DNA of 64,000 nucleotides from Dipteris shenzhenensis (GCA_047967505.1 CM106538.1); one strand, 5' to 3'; counted from the first letter of the stretch, positions 1 through 13,040 are shown. Numbers and translations: made by a program. Notes: generated by a model not told the origin, from the letters alone.

Positions 1-260
1 GGGGAGGCCGGTGCCGCGGCAGCGAGAGGGAGAGAGGGGGGAGAGAGAGAGAAGGGGAGGGGAGAGAGAGAGAGGGGGGAGGTCGCGGCAAGTGAGAGAG
101 AGAGTGGGGAGCGCAAGTGAGAGAGAGGGAAAAGGTGAGGAGAAAGGGAGAGAGAGAGAGAGAGGGGAAATGAAGAGGAGGGGAGAGAGTAGACTAAGAT
201 GAGAGGAAACGTAGACTAGAGTGGAGAGGAAAGAGAGAGAGAGAAGAGTGAGAGAGATGG
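1..260. repeat. GA-rich low-complexity polypurine tract
   Basis: Runs of GA/GGA. Related to 1344-1590 (shared GCCGCGGCAGC core). ORF 11..202 is a compositional artefact. Confidence 0.85.
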
Positions 261-266
261 ACGAGA

Positions 267-680
267 GATGAAAATTTAGAGAGGGAGGACACGAGAAAGT
301 ACGATCGAGATAGAAAATCTTACCAATGAAGAGGAGAAATGAGTGGGCGACGATCGAGAAAAGATAAAGGAGCTACGATCAATGAGGCATATGAGAGGAG
401 ATTGGTGTGTGATTTAGTCGAAACTTAAACAAACAAAACTATAAACCTTGGTGTTTGATGAAAATTTAGAGAGGAAGGGCACAAGAGAAAGTACGATCGA
501 GATAGAAAATCTTACCAATGAGGAGAAAAAATGAGTGGGCGACGATCAAGAAGAGATAAAGGAGAGATGTTTTGATGGAAGAATTTGGGAGCTACGATCA
601 ATGAGGCATATTAGAGGAGATTGGTGTGTGATTTAGTCGAAACTTAAACAAACAAAACTATAAACCTTGGTGTTTGAAAA
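267..680. repeat. Direct duplication of ~190-220 bp
   Basis: GATGAAAATTTAGAGAGG...AGTACGATCGAGATAGAAAATCTTACCAATG...GTCGAAACTTAAACAAACAAAACTATAAACCTTGGTGTTTGA starts near 267 and 457; copy 2 has a ~27-bp insert. Confidence 0.85.
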
Positions 681-885
681 GAGAAACGTGTGAAAACTAG
701 AATTTCAAATTTCCCACCTTTTTTTAAACTATGAATCCTTGTGTTTGAAAAGATAAACGTGTGAAAACTTGAAAATTGTGATAAAAGACAACCTTGTGTT
801 TCAAAAGACAAACGCGTGGATGTGAAAATTGTGATAAAAGACAACCTTGTGTTTCAAAAGATAAACGCGTGGATGTGAAAAGACA
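664..885. repeat. Short degenerate tandem repeat (~53-70 bp)
   Basis: CCTTGTGTTT(C/G)AAAAGA(C/T)AAACG(C/T)GTG motif recurs about 4 times. Confidence 0.75.
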
Positions 886-1585
886 AATGTATGCTAAAAG
901 TAAAACTTGTAGAAACTTGAATTTTAAATTTTTCTTTGTTTTTGAATTTAAAATGAGTTTCACTTTCATTTTCAATTTACTAGTTTAATTTAGACTATAA
1001 TGCATTTTGTTTTGGAATATAAAAAGTATAATTTTAATTTTATTACATTTTAAATTAAAATTTTAAAAGTAGTTTAACTTACATTCGTTATTATTACTTT
1101 AATTTATTTCTTTTTAGGGAGAATTAATATATTCTTCTAGGTAAATATTAAATTTTTAATTTTAAGTATTGTTTTCTTTATTTTACGTTATTTTTTCATA
1201 AACTTTAAGTTAAACTACTTTATAGTTTTTATTATTTAAATTCAAATTTATTAAGATTTTAACTTCTTATTAATGTGAATGTTCAATTCTTATGAGTTGT
1301 AAGTAAATTAGTTTTTGAAAATATAAATTTTATCTTTTTTAAAATGAGAAGGGGAAGGGAGAGAGAGAGAAGGGGGGGGCCGCTGCCGCGGCAGCAAGAG
1401 AGAATGGGGGGGGAGAGAGAGAGAAAGGGGTGGGAGGATGGGAGTGGGAGAGGGAGTGGGAATGGGGAAGGTGAAAGAATGGACGTGGGCGTGGGAGTGA
1501 GAATGGGGGAGGTGGGGTGGGAGGATGGGGGCGGTAGTGAGAGAGAAGGGGGGGGAGAGAAGGAGGGGAGAGAGAGAGAAAGGGG

Positions 1586-1635
1586 TGTGAGTTTAAAAAA
1601 GATAAAATATAAATTTTATCTTTTTTAAACTCACA
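1586..1635. repeat. Perfect 23-bp-stem hairpin
   Basis: TGTGAGTTTAAAAAAGATAAAAT-ATAA-ATTTTATCTTTTTTAAACTCACA. Confidence 0.9.
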
Positions 1636-2292
1636 ACCTTAGTGTATTAAAAAGAATAATGGAAAATAGATTATTTTTTGCTTTTAATTCGCAACCTAAG
1701 GATATTAAAAAGAACAATGGAAAAGAAATTATTTCTTGCTTTTCTTCGCTTCGACGGTTGGTGTAGTCTAGATTAACATAGATTAGTTTGTCCTTAGAGG
1801 AGAGAACTCCAAAAAAACCAATCAAAGCCATGCTCAAAATTTTCCGACTAGTTCCTAATCGGAGTCAGTCCATTCGTTCACATTCGGTTTCACAGTCACA
1901 ACAACCCTACCATTTAAGCAACGATTAAGGTTTTTAAACTTTCAAGATGATTGAAAGTTGTATCAGTGGACATGACAGATTACAGTTGTGGAAGTTGATA
2001 GAGCATTTTACACTTATATCAGTTGCAGGAGTTGACAGAGCATTTTGCACTTATATATGACAGACTTCAAATTTGTATTCAGAGATCATTGTAAATCCTT
2101 ATTTTTTTTCACATTTATGCTCTAAGCCTTGTAAAGCCTTTTAGGCTATTCCCAAAGCATGAAATTGATACTTATATGATTGGGAAGAATAAAAACTTGA
2201 GGTGTATTAATGGGACTCATTGTACTTTTGATTTTTCAAAGTAATTGTAGTTTGTCAAAGTACTTAAAATTTGTATTGTGCTTGAATACAGG

Positions 2293-3410
2293 ATGGATCT
2301 TGAGGCTACAGCATTTGTCAATGGTATGACACTGAAATACAATGGAAGAATTTATGCCCCAAAGGACTTCACAAACTAGACAGTTGTTGACACAACAAAG
2401 AAAGCATGGTTCTTGGTCTTAAGTAAAGGAAATCTCATTCTAGTGATGACAAAGAGAGAGTTGGAGAAAGATGAGTGGGCATCAAATGTATCTTTCTCAA
2501 AGAGCAATTTGATTCAAGGGGGCACCTTAGTAGGAATAAAAATTGAAAAAGACAGCAATACAATGATGATTTACACAAAGTCAAGAATGAGCAACAGATC
2601 GTTTCTTCTTTCTAAGAAAGATGCAATGCACTTTGTGATGCCGCCGCCAAAAGCACCTAGATTTCCTGAATTGGTTCCTACATTGGAGATCCTTCAACAT
2701 GTGTGGGAGGAATTTCCCATTGAGGAAGCAAGAAAAATGCAGTCAAAGATTATCCTTGAATACTTTCAGGGTGTCATCCAACAAGGTTCAACTTCATTGG
2801 AGGGACCTAAGGTGCAAGAATCCACACATGAGAAAGGAAGTGATGAGACACGCCATGTAGACCTGGTTCATGGTAATACAAATGAGAGAGGAAGTGGAGT
2901 GGATGAGACAGAACACATTGTAGCAATGGATGAGGGTCTTGTACACATGGATGCTTACAAGGGATCTACATCTGAGACAGGAATTGAATTGGTGGAGACT
3001 GGACATGCACATGCATCTCAAACAGAAATTGAATTGAGTGAGACACGACATGCATCAGATAAGACAGGACATGCACACACATCTCTTGTTCATGGTATTA
3101 CTCACTTAGATGGTGTAACTCATGAAGTTGATGGAATAATAGACAAGTGAAGCCCTTAAGTATACCTGAAGTTGAGGCAATAGAAGAAGAAGTAGGGCGA
3201 TCTAAAGCAGTTCACATTGAGCCCCTAAAAAATAAACCTCGACGTCAAATGCAAAAGGCAAGTACTTCACGAGCTACAGTTCCAAGTCCTATAACTGGAA
3301 AAACAGGTCGTTCATATACAAAGAAAGGGCAAAGAAGAGAAGAGGAAGAACATGAAGAGGATGCGGAGGGTCTTGAAATGGAGTCAGATATAGAAGCAAG
3401 GATAGCCTAA
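2293..3410 (+). pseudogene. Disrupted ORF of unknown function, possibly a TE accessory gene
   Basis: ATG at 2293 just after a CAG acceptor, in frame with ORF 2413-3150 across one TAG. Frameshift into 3147-3410. Internal peptide repeats (ETGHAHAS-like) and an acidic tail. No domain recognised. Confidence 0.5.
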
Positions 3411-4240
3411 GATCTGTGCAAAGTTTCATCCCCAACACATAAGTCCACATGCGTATTTGGTTAGTCAATGTGCCATTTTTCATATATAGTCACTAGTAGG
3501 GATTGTAAAAATGTATGCATTATACATTCCATGTGGCACATACCAAATCAGTTGGAGACAAAATCTTGCATGGATGTAGGTATAGGGTAGCCTAAGAGCC
3601 GTGCAAACTTTGATCCCCAACAAATGAGTCCACATGCGTATTTGGTTAGTACGTTCGCCATTTTTCATACGTAGTCATCACTAGTAGTGAGTGCATGCAA
3701 AAATGTACGCATTATACCTTCCACGTGGCACATATCAAATCAGTTGGAGACCAAATCTTGCATGTATGTAGGTCTAAGGTAGCCTAAGAGTGGTGCAAAG
3801 TTTCATCCCCAACAAATAAGTCCACATGCATATTTGGTTAGTACGTGTGCCATTTTCCATACGTAGCCACTAGTAGGGAGTGCTTGCAAAAATGTACACA
3901 TTATATCTTCCACGTGGCACATACCAAATCAGTTAGAGACCAAATCTTGCATGGATGTAGGTCTAGGGTAGCATAAGTGCTGTGCGAATTTTCATTCCCA
4001 ACAAATAAGTCCACATGCGTTTTTGGTTAGTACGTGCACCATTTTCCATACATAGTCACTAGTAGGGAGTGCTTGCGAAAATGTATGCATTATACCTTCC
4101 ACGTGGCACATACCAAATCATTTGGAGACTAAATATTGCATGGATGTAGGTCTACGGTAGCCTAAGAGCCATGTAGAGTTTCATCCCCAACAGATAAGTC
4201 CACATGCGTATTTGGTTAGTACATGCACAAATTTTCTTAG
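3405..4240. repeat. ~188-bp tandem satellite, ~4.4 copies (inverted relative to 19030-21360)
   Basis: GC(C/A)TAAG unit starts at ~3405, 3590, 3782, 3971, 4160. Units contain CACTAGTAG and CCAC(G)TGGC. Confidence 0.95.
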
Positions 4241-4549
4241 TCACATTTTTTTAATGTCCTACAGCACAAAACACAATTACAAAATAACTACTAATAAACA
4301 ATTTTTTGTTTTACAAAAACAACAAATCCCATTGAGAAGATAACGAACATCATGTATAAAATAGAATCTAATACAATGATGTGTATGAACGTGTATAAAA
4401 CCATCATAGTGAAATACAAAATATGAGTCCATGAAAATTACAATGGTACGGTCACACAGTGAGCCTATACATGTCGAATACAAAAATATGTAATCAACTA
4501 GTGATACCCAATAAAAATCTATCTGATCAACTGATGATCCCAAAACTAT

Positions 4550-5388
4550 GATATGTAATGTGCTAGAATACATGTATGCCTCCTAATCCGCCATGTACTC
4601 CTAGAACTTCCCGCATCCTGATCATCATGTACCTTCTCCCAAGGCTGGAAGGGAGAAAGCACTCGCCGTGCCCATGGATCAGCCCATGGTATCATGGCGC
4701 ACCCTCCCTAGTCATCATCAATGCATGCGGAGAAAAAACATGCAAACTGTCAAGAAAAGATTATGGGGTGAGACTCACCTATGCTCCTGATGGAATGGAA
4801 ATCAAGAGTGCCAGACACTGAATGACAATCAAAAGGCCTAGATAGATCAAGACTCACAATGTCCATGCACCAAAAATATTGGCTCATCGCCCTATCATCA
4901 TGCAACTGAAATGAGGAGATAGCACTAGTGGATAAGTGATGTCTTCACCACTGCATCACATCATGTGCATCCTTGAAGCGATCGGCACTGTGACGCAATT
5001 GGTATCGACGCAAAGCATGCTTCACACAAGAACCTACACCATCATGCTCTCCCTTACCATGCACTATCTCGAAGTAGCTCCATGTGATCGAAATGCATGT
5101 CTCACGGTGCCATTTGTAGAACCAATAAAACTGTCTAGCAGATTTGAACTGACCACCACAGCCGTCTAACCAGATCCAGCACCGCTGCCATGTGACACCA
5201 TGATCCCTCAAGAAACTATCATGCAAAGTGAAGCAATGCTGCACAAAATGGGCATCATGCAATCGATCATCACTAATGTAGAAGTGATACTCTCGCACAA
5301 TGACGCGTGAGTCCATGGTACTATCAATGCCATCCACATGAGCCTGTGCATGACGATAGCTAATGTGCACAAATATAGCAACCTGCAA
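4550..5388 (-). pseudogene. DDD/E transposase-like pseudogene (Sola2-like), diverged copy with internal deletion
   Basis: WLDGCGGQFKS and WSYFEIVHGKGEHDGVG motifs. Homologous to 35751-36800 but missing the ~230 bp equivalent to 36540-36775. Confidence 0.7.
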
Positions 5389-5459
5389 TATGGCATTGAA
5401 AAAAAATATGACTATTGAAATAATTTAATATAATGAGGACATAACACAACAACACAAAG

Positions 5460-5590
5460 AAACTATAGACACGCTTGGTAGACGTGCAAAATAACGGGCA
5501 CGTCTATAGGCATTGCTTGTATAGAGAAATTACGGGCGCATCTAATCGTGTGTCTAACAGCTCGTCTATTTGCACGTGTATTAACACATC
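5460..5590. repeat. Putative subterminal repeats of CACTA family A ((G/A)TCTATAG-type)
   Basis: Clustered CTATAGAC/GTCTA motifs next to the 3' end of the transposase. AATTACGGG(C/T)GC(A/G)TCTA is shared with 22168. Confidence 0.45.
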
Positions 5591-7612
5591 TAAGTGTTTA
5601 GATCTACAAATACATTCAACCCACTACTACTTGTGCTACTCATGTGCTCATCGAAATTAGCATCACCAATGGTAGGCTCGTCCTCACGAGTAATGGCCTC
5701 AATATCTGTATCTCCTATCTCATGATCATCCTCCTCTCTCGTATCACGGTCATCATCACGTCCATGTCCATGATCATCCTCCATACGCTCCATATTAGTA
5801 AATGTACTATACATCACTTTGGAACGTGGCATACTAGGTATGACATCCCACCATCTATTATTATCCACCATTGGTTGATAGACAACCTAATTCAAACACA
5901 AATACAATCATGTTATTTTCCTTGCATCAAATATTTAAAAGCGAGTATTTTTATATGTGTGCACAGTACCTGTTCACATTGTTGCGGTAGTACTAGTGTG
6001 TCCTTCCTACTTTGCCAAAACTTTGTGGAGCCAACAGTTACAAAGCCACTTGCATGCCATTTGATTGTTGCATTAGGGCCTCTTTCCACCACGTCCTTAA
6101 ACCACTTTACATCCAAAACATACACAAAGAAGCGTCGAAAGTCAAGCTTAATAATATCTTGGATTATGCCACAATAATCATCCATGGCTCCATATGCTCC
6201 CTCAAAGCTAGCAATGATGCCACAATCTTGTGTGTTTCTCTTATCATCAATCCGTTGTGTTTGAAAATGCTTGCCCTCACACCATATAGCATTGAACATA
6301 GTGCACTACACCAAGAAAAAATCAATTAAATAAGAAATCTAAATTATTGAAAGCTCCTAACTTATGCATAACATTCTATATACCGACCTTGCTCATGCAT
6401 CCCCTAGCATACTCCCATTCTTCCATTGTGATATGCATCCCCTCGTCTTTCTCTGCTTTCTCCATTTCATCAAGTAGCCAATCCACATGAATATCCTTTA
6501 GAAGTGCTCCTAGATACTGAGGGTATGGCACACGAGATCCGTGGTGTGTACGAAAGAGGGACCTTTCTTCTTGTCTTCTTGCCTTTGCATCCTCGTATCT
6601 TGTCACCCATCTTTTCATCACATCACTATTAAGCACGCAATAGAGGTTGATACTATTATGCAACTCCGTATCTATTACTTTGTTGCATCCTAATTTCCCT
6701 TGAGGCACAATAGAGGTCATCCTTAGGTCTTCATCATCTCTCCATAGTCATGGGAGAGAGCTATCCACGTCAACAAGAAACTCGGAAATATATACAAGTG
6801 ACTCTTGTACCAACCAACCCTCATCCATGCTACCCTCGGGTCTTGCATTTTGTCTCATGAAACCCTTCAAGGTCTTCATGAAGCGCTCGAGGAAGAACAA
6901 CCATCGTGCATGTATACTATTACATATAGCAATCTCACCCACCAAATGCACTATGAGATGTAGTTGGCTTGTGAGAATAGAACGTGGAAATGTCTCCTCC
7001 ACTAAACAAACCACCTCCACTGACATAACTCGAGCATTCTCAAGCCTGGTGGGATCTATTTCCTTTTAGCTCACATACCTAGAACACCATATTAGCAATA
7101 TGAACACCTTGCATGGAGCATTGATACGCATCATATTTTGTATCATGTAAAGTACCTCACAAGCTCGCCCATCTTGTAAATACAATCTTTCATGTCCTTC
7201 GATGAACTACATCAAATGCTAGTCGGTAGTATGAACTGAACCCATGAGGAGATGGTTGATTAGTTGCTTATAATTATTCACTCACAAATTTGAAAGGAAA
7301 AAGATATTATGCACATAAAATACTTACTTGGAGCATCTTGTGCCAATCATGAGATTTCAAGCCATATAATTGCTCTACACCTCTTTTCTTGCTCTTTGTA
7401 AAGGCTCCCTTCAAACACCTCCTGCATCCAGTGGGAGTATGAATCATAGTAATAGCACGCTTCACCGCCACCATCTCTAGCTTTGATAACCTCCGCGGTG
7501 CACGAAGTAAAAAACACGCCCATTTTGTCTCTCTTGTGGCCAAGCTTCACGCATCCTCCCTGTGGTACGTAGATCCTCCCTTATGCCTACGGAATCTCGT
7601 GTCCCATTCAAA
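5590..7612 (-). pseudogene. CACTA/EnSpm transposase family A, 3' half (DUF4218- and DUF4216-like regions, acidic tail)
   Basis: GLKSHDWHKMLQ; HLIVHL..EI..C..IHARWLFFLERFMKTLKG..RQNARPEGSM; YCGIIQDI...VKWF...VLPQQCEQV. GT-AG introns (e.g. CAA/GTAAGT at ~7325). Contains stops; truncated at ~7612. Confidence 0.88.
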
Positions 7613-7618
7613 TGCTCC

Positions 7619-8345
7619 CAAAAGGCCTAGACTGATTAAAACTCCCAATGTCCATGCACCAAAAATACCGGCTCACCACCCTATCATCACGCGACTGAAA
7701 CGAGGAGATAGCACTAGTGGATAAGTTATGGCTGCACCACCGCACCACATCATGTGCATCCTTGAAGCGATCGGCACTATGACGCAATTGGTATCGATGC
7801 AAAGCACGCTTCATGTAAGCACCTGCACCATCATGCTCTCCCTTATCGTGCCCTGTCTCAAAGTAGCTCCATGTGATTAAAATGCCCATCTCACAGTGCC
7901 ATTTGCAGAACCAATAAAACTGTCTAGCAGATTTGAACTGACCACCACATCCGTCTAGCCAGATCCAGTGCCCCTGCCATGTGACACCATGATCCCTCAA
8001 GAAACTATCATGCAACATGAAGCAATGCTGCACAAAATGGGCATCATGCGATCGATCATCACTAATGTAGAAGTGATACTCTCGCACAATGATGGGTGAG
8101 TCCATGGTGCTATCAATGCAATCCACATGAGCCTGCGCATGACGATAGCTAATGTGCACAAATATAGCAACCTGCAATATGGCATTGAAAAAAAATACGA
8201 CTACTGAAATAATTCAATATAATGAGGCCATAAAAAAACCAATAACTCAATCACGCGTCACCTGTTCCGAGAAATAATACTTCGATTGGATCTCATGCTG
8301 TGGTGCAAAGGTATAATTCCACCACTGAGACAACCAACCCTATAG
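7619..8345 (-). pseudogene. Sola2-like transposase pseudogene, middle segment
   Basis: NYTFAPQHEIQSKYYFSEQ exon, 90-bp GT-AG intron, then DGCGGQFK and HDKGEHDGAG. Inverted copy of 35583-36309. Confidence 0.7.
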
Positions 8346-8350
8346 GAAAT

Positions 8351-8699
8351 TAACAAAGTGTGGATTGTACTAGCCTAATCTATCACTTAATGAGCATAAA
8401 GATCATGGAGGATCAAACCAAATACGGAAAGCCATGGGGAGAGAGACGGTAAGTATGAAACACTCAATCTATTCCAAATGTGCTATTCTCAACCATACAT
8501 GATAGGCCTCTTATATAGAGAGTTCCCTTTGAATAGTCAACACATGTGTGATCCTCTCATCCACATCTCTCCTTGTGGATATCCTCAATCCACATCTCCA
8601 CATCATGTAGTCCACATCCTAGGGTGGCTACTTTAATTCTTTCTTATACCATACCTTAGCCCTTTAATCTATGTGCTCATGGCACCATATCTCTCAACA
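8351..8699 (-). repeat. 3' LTR
   Basis: On the minus strand reads TGTTGAGAG...CTTTGTTA, immediately preceded by PPT AAGGGGAGG (8700-8708). Confidence 0.95.
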
Positions 8700-10954
8700 C
8701 CTCCCCTTGGTGCCATGATCCTTTGGCTACTGCAAGGTGGTTAGATGTGAGTTACATTCCATCACCTCCCCTTAGTGCATGCACTACTACTTAAGGTGGT
8801 CAAGTGTGGCTTCTACATGTTAATACCTCCCCTGGGTGCTTTCATAGCTACTCTCAGGTGGTCAGGCTTGATTTACAAAAATATAGGCAAGGTTGGCAAG
8901 GTTTTGGTTTCTCAATACATTCCATTCATGTCACCTTTTGGCACATGGCTTGATGACGACTCGTTTGCTTCTTTGTTTGGTGTAGCTTCATGCATGATGC
9001 TTTGTTATTCCATGTGCCTTAATGCTTTGTGTGTGGATGCCATGCTTCCTGCTATGGTCATCTCATGTACTTGTGCTTTTGGCATGCTTTCTGCATTCAT
9101 GCGTTGCTTTTTCATTTGTTGCAAAGGTCTTACCAATTGATTTCTTTCAATATTGGTAGTGTCTAATTGCTAACAATGATTCTGATCTGACAGATGCGTA
9201 GAGATCGAAAAGACGATCATTTTTCCTTTTTGGAGCGTGTCCAGATTCCTCCTGGATTGGAAGCTACGGCTTATCGAAGTTTTGATGAAGAAGAGGGGCT
9301 TTTGATGATGTGTCACGGGGATTCACATGCTGCACTCACACTACTGTGCTTAGCAAGAGGTTACTGCCTTGGTGGCACTGCTGATTGTGCATGCTGATGT
9401 GGCATAACTAACCCTAACTCTAGCCATGGTGGGTTAAGTTAACCAAACTCTGGTTTAGCCATGTGGCATACTCTTAACTAAATGAGTTAACCCAAAGTTT
9501 AAACAAACCTAACCATAAACTTCACTTAACTACACCTATCTGCCATGTGGCATTTCCACTTGGCCAATTACTGACCAAGCCTCACTAACCAAGCCTATCC
9601 TTATCTCCACGTCTGGTTGTGGGCATTCCATTTCTCTCCCTCTGCTGCATCTTCTTCTCGCTCGATGTGATGCTTAGCAAGGTGCTGTGAGGAGCGAGTG
9701 CGACTGTGAAGGGGTGTGTTGACGATCATGCAGCATGGGTTGTCGAGCAGCATTGAAGGTAGGAGCCGTCTTACTGCGAGCAAGGATCGTTGCAGCTTGG
9801 AGGTTGGCAGTCCGTTGAGAGGCTATGTTGGAGATGCATTTGCAAGAAGTTGCTGACAGAACTATTGGCTCGTTGTATTGCATGGAACTTGCTCGCCGAA
9901 CGAACTCTAGCTCTCGCTATTGGAGTGAAGAAGCTGCTCTCCTTAATACACTGGTCGAGCCTCTTGAGAGCTTGCCACTAGCAGTGTTAAGGGAGATCGC
10001 TCATCGGTTGCCTTCGGGTTAGGGAAGGCTTGATTTGCATGGAGCGAGAGCGGGCTGCCGTAGATGAGCCTGGTTGCTACCGTGGGAGTCGAGTCTCTTA
10101 AATAGTCTGTTGCCTCATCTTGAGGCTTTTGCTTTGTAGACCTTCCTTGATGCATAACATTGTTGCGGGAGCGGTTGATGGTCTAGAGTTGATGTGCTAG
10201 GCACTTGCCGTGGAGTCACAGTGGGAAAAGCCGCTGGCTATTTGAAGCTGCTATGCACGATCTGACTATGCAAGAGATGGAGTCGTTAAAGCTTGGCCTG
10301 TGAGTCGATTGGGTGCTTGTTGGAGGCCAACTCGTTGGTAGTGCCGTCTATGGAGTCGCTGGTCAGAACTGCTGGTGCTGGTCACCTCTTGTGAGCTCTA
10401 CTTAAGTTGCCATTTGATGGAGTCCATTGCAGCCGGTTGTAGAAGTGTTGTCAACACTGTTTTGGTCAAGCCACGATGGTTGCTCGTCGGTGTAGTTGCT
10501 AGGCCCTTAGCTTGTTGGAGTCGACTGCATCTAGGTCAATGCTTGTGCTCACTGCTATTAGCCTTTGCTACCTATCGTTTAGATGTTGTGTGTGCATGCA
10601 TCGTTGGGACTTCATGAAGCTTGTTGTGGCTACTGTTTGCAGCTCTGAGTTGTTGCGCAGCTTTGTTGGAGGAGCTCAGCTATGGCACCGGGCTGCACGT
10701 GAGTTGCTTTCTCGTATGGGTTACTGAGGACGAGTAGGAGTATTGCGAGCTACTATTGGAGATAGTCATTGCTAAAGAAGTCACTCGTGCTCACTGTTGC
10801 TCTTAAGCTCTCTCAATGAGTGGAAGTTTCCTAAAACAAACTAAAATTCTCTCCACCATGGAAGATAACGCTTAATCTAAAACTAGAACTAATCTAAGAG
10901 AAAACATAAGCTTCCTAAGGTGTGCCTATAATGGATCTAGGAGACTAGACCTAA

Positions 10955-10966
10955 GCTCTGATACCA
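10955..10966 (-). promoter_or_regulatory. Primer-binding site, tRNA-Met(i) type
   Basis: TGGTATCAGAGC on the minus strand, abutting the 5' LTR. Confidence 0.93.
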
Positions 10967-11315
10967 TAACAAAGTGTGGATTGTACTAGCCTAATCTATC
11001 ACTTAATGAGCATAAAGATCACGGAGGATCCAACCAAATACAGAAAGCCATGGGGAGAGAGATGGTAAGTATGAAACACTCAATCTATTCCAAATGTGCT
11101 ATTCTCAACCATACATGATAGGCCTCTTATATAGAGAGTGCCCTTTGAATAGTCAACACATGTGTGATCCTCTCATCCACATCTCTCCTTGTGGATATCC
11201 TTAATCCACATCTCCACATCATGTAGTCCACATCCTAGGGTGGCTACTTTAATTCTTTCTTATACCATAGCTTAGCCCTTTAATCTATGTGCTCATGGCA
11301 CCATATCTCTCAACA
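10967..11315 (-). repeat. 5' LTR
   Basis: ~98% identical to 8351-8699. Contains a TATATAAG TATA-like box. Confidence 0.95.
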
Positions 11316-11695
11316 GAAATGTCCTCAAACATGCACGCAACTGACGATCCTCCCACTTCGCAGTGTGCGAGTGGTGTATGTAGCAGTATAGCTTCCCTCG
11401 AAAATTGTCAATGAATACAACACGTGGTGTCTCCTTCCCCACAAGCTGCAACCTTTTCGACTGTGCACCACCATCTAATGTTAGGGTATTATACTCATAC
11501 TATTGCCAACGAACCATCTGCACGTCACAAGTATCAAGTGCAACTCGTGGCACTCTAGCAAAGTCACCACACAAAGTACACCTGCCTTCCTCACAATCAA
11601 GGGAGTGGAATAAAGCATTACCATCTCATGTACACAATATGGAATGAATGAAGTCATGAGGGCTAGTAGGAACCACTCCCCTATGACCATCAAGG
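11316..11695 (-). pseudogene. Sola2-like transposase pseudogene, upstream segment (Cys-rich region)
   Basis: SILCT*...CEEGRCTLCGDF...VRWQ.YEY...HSHTAKWEDRQLRACLRTF, rejoining 8345 once the LTR element is removed. Confidence 0.65.
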
Positions 11696-11929
11696 GGTAG
11701 GTACAGTGCTATGTCCGAGAGAAGTCGAGCTAGGGGTAGTCGCAAGGGTAGGCCCTTGAGGTGTTGCCTGAGTGGAATCAAAGTCCTATGGAGAATAGAG
11801 ATCATGATGTCTCCTCCTATGAGGGTTTTTGTACTCGTTGAACGTGCGACGTGATCCCATATCCAATTTGGGGGGATTGGACAAACGTAGACACAAACAC
11901 GAAAACAAAATACAGAAAACAAGAGCAAG

Positions 11930-13040
11930 TAAGAAGCGAAAAGCATATGAGGGAAAGCATATGCATAAGAGATGGAGAAGCATAAGAGAAGCAAAAGAGA
12001 AGGACAAGCATAAGAGAAGGAGAGGGGAAAAGAAGAGAAAGAAAAGGAAAAAAGAGATTGAAAGAGGGAAAAAGAACCAAATATGCATAAGAGAAAAAAG
12101 AGAGAAAGCATGTGCTTATGCTTATACATAAGCATATGAGCATATGCTCATGCATAAGCATAAGCATAAGCATAGGCATAGGCATAGGCATATACTTATG
12201 AAAAGAAGAGAGAAAGAGAGGGAAAAAGAAGAGAAGGAAAGGAGAAGGAGAAGGAGAAGAAGAAGAAATATGCCCATGCATAAGCATAAGCATTAGAGAA
12301 GGAAAAGAAGAGAAGAAGAAGGAGACATATGCTCATGCATAAGCATAAGCATAAGGAAGAGGGAAAAAGAGATTGAAAGAGGGGAAAAAGAAGGGGAAAA
12401 AAAAGAGAAGGAGAAGGGGAAAAGAGATCGAAAAAGGGGAAAAAGAAGAGAGGAAAAGAGCATAAGCATAAGAGAAGGAAGAGAGGAAAAGAGATCGAAA
12501 GAGGGGAAAAAGAAGAGAGGAAAAGAGCATAAGCATAAGAGACTTTAGGAAGAGGGGAAAAGAGATCGAAAGATGGGAAAAGAGATTGAAAGAGGGGAAA
12601 AGAGCATAGGCATAAGAGAAGGAAGAGGGGAAAAGAGATTGAAAGAGGGGAAAAAGAAGAGGAAAAAAGAAGAGAAGGAAGAGGGGGAAAAGAAGAGAGG
12701 AAAAGAGCATAAGCATAAGAGAAGGAAGAGGGAAAAAGAGCATAAGCATAAGAGAAAAAGAAAGACAGCATATGCTTATGCTTATGCATGAGCATATAAG
12801 CATAAGAGAAAAAGAGAGAGAGCATAAGATTGTGCTTATGAGCTTATAAAAAGAGGAGAAAAAGAGAGGAAAAAAGAGTGGAAAATAAGAGAAGGAAGAG
12901 GGGAAAAGCGATTGAAAGAAGGGAAAAAGAAGAGGGGAAAAGAGCATAAGCATAAGAGAAGGAAAAACATATGCATAAGAGAAAAAGAGAGAGGGAATAA
13001 GAGAAGAGAGGGAAAGAGAGGGAAAGAGAGGGTGCCTATG
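11930..13040. repeat. GA-rich tract with (CATAAG)n hexamers
   Basis: Polypurine runs interspersed with AGCATAAGCATAAG. Inverted copies at 32130-33240 and 47270-48380. Confidence 0.9.

Larger units (their letters stand above)
8351..11315 (-). mobile_element. Complete non-autonomous LTR retroelement (2965 bp), copia-like signals
   Basis: 349-bp LTRs at 8351-8699 and 10967-11315 with ~7 mismatches. GAAAT TSD at 8346-8350 and 11316-11320. PBS and PPT present. No gag/pol motifs recognised internally. Confidence 0.95.

Noticed and set aside
3490-3500. CACTAGTAG as a CACTA terminus
   Set aside because: Occurs in almost every 188-bp satellite unit; no TSD or paired end.
9405-9530. Telomere-like TAACCCTAA motifs
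   Set aside because: Isolated degenerate motifs, not a tandem telomeric array.
8775-10727. Short ORFs in the LTR element interior as gag/pol
   Set aside because: No zinc knuckle, protease, integrase or RT motifs; frames differ between copies.
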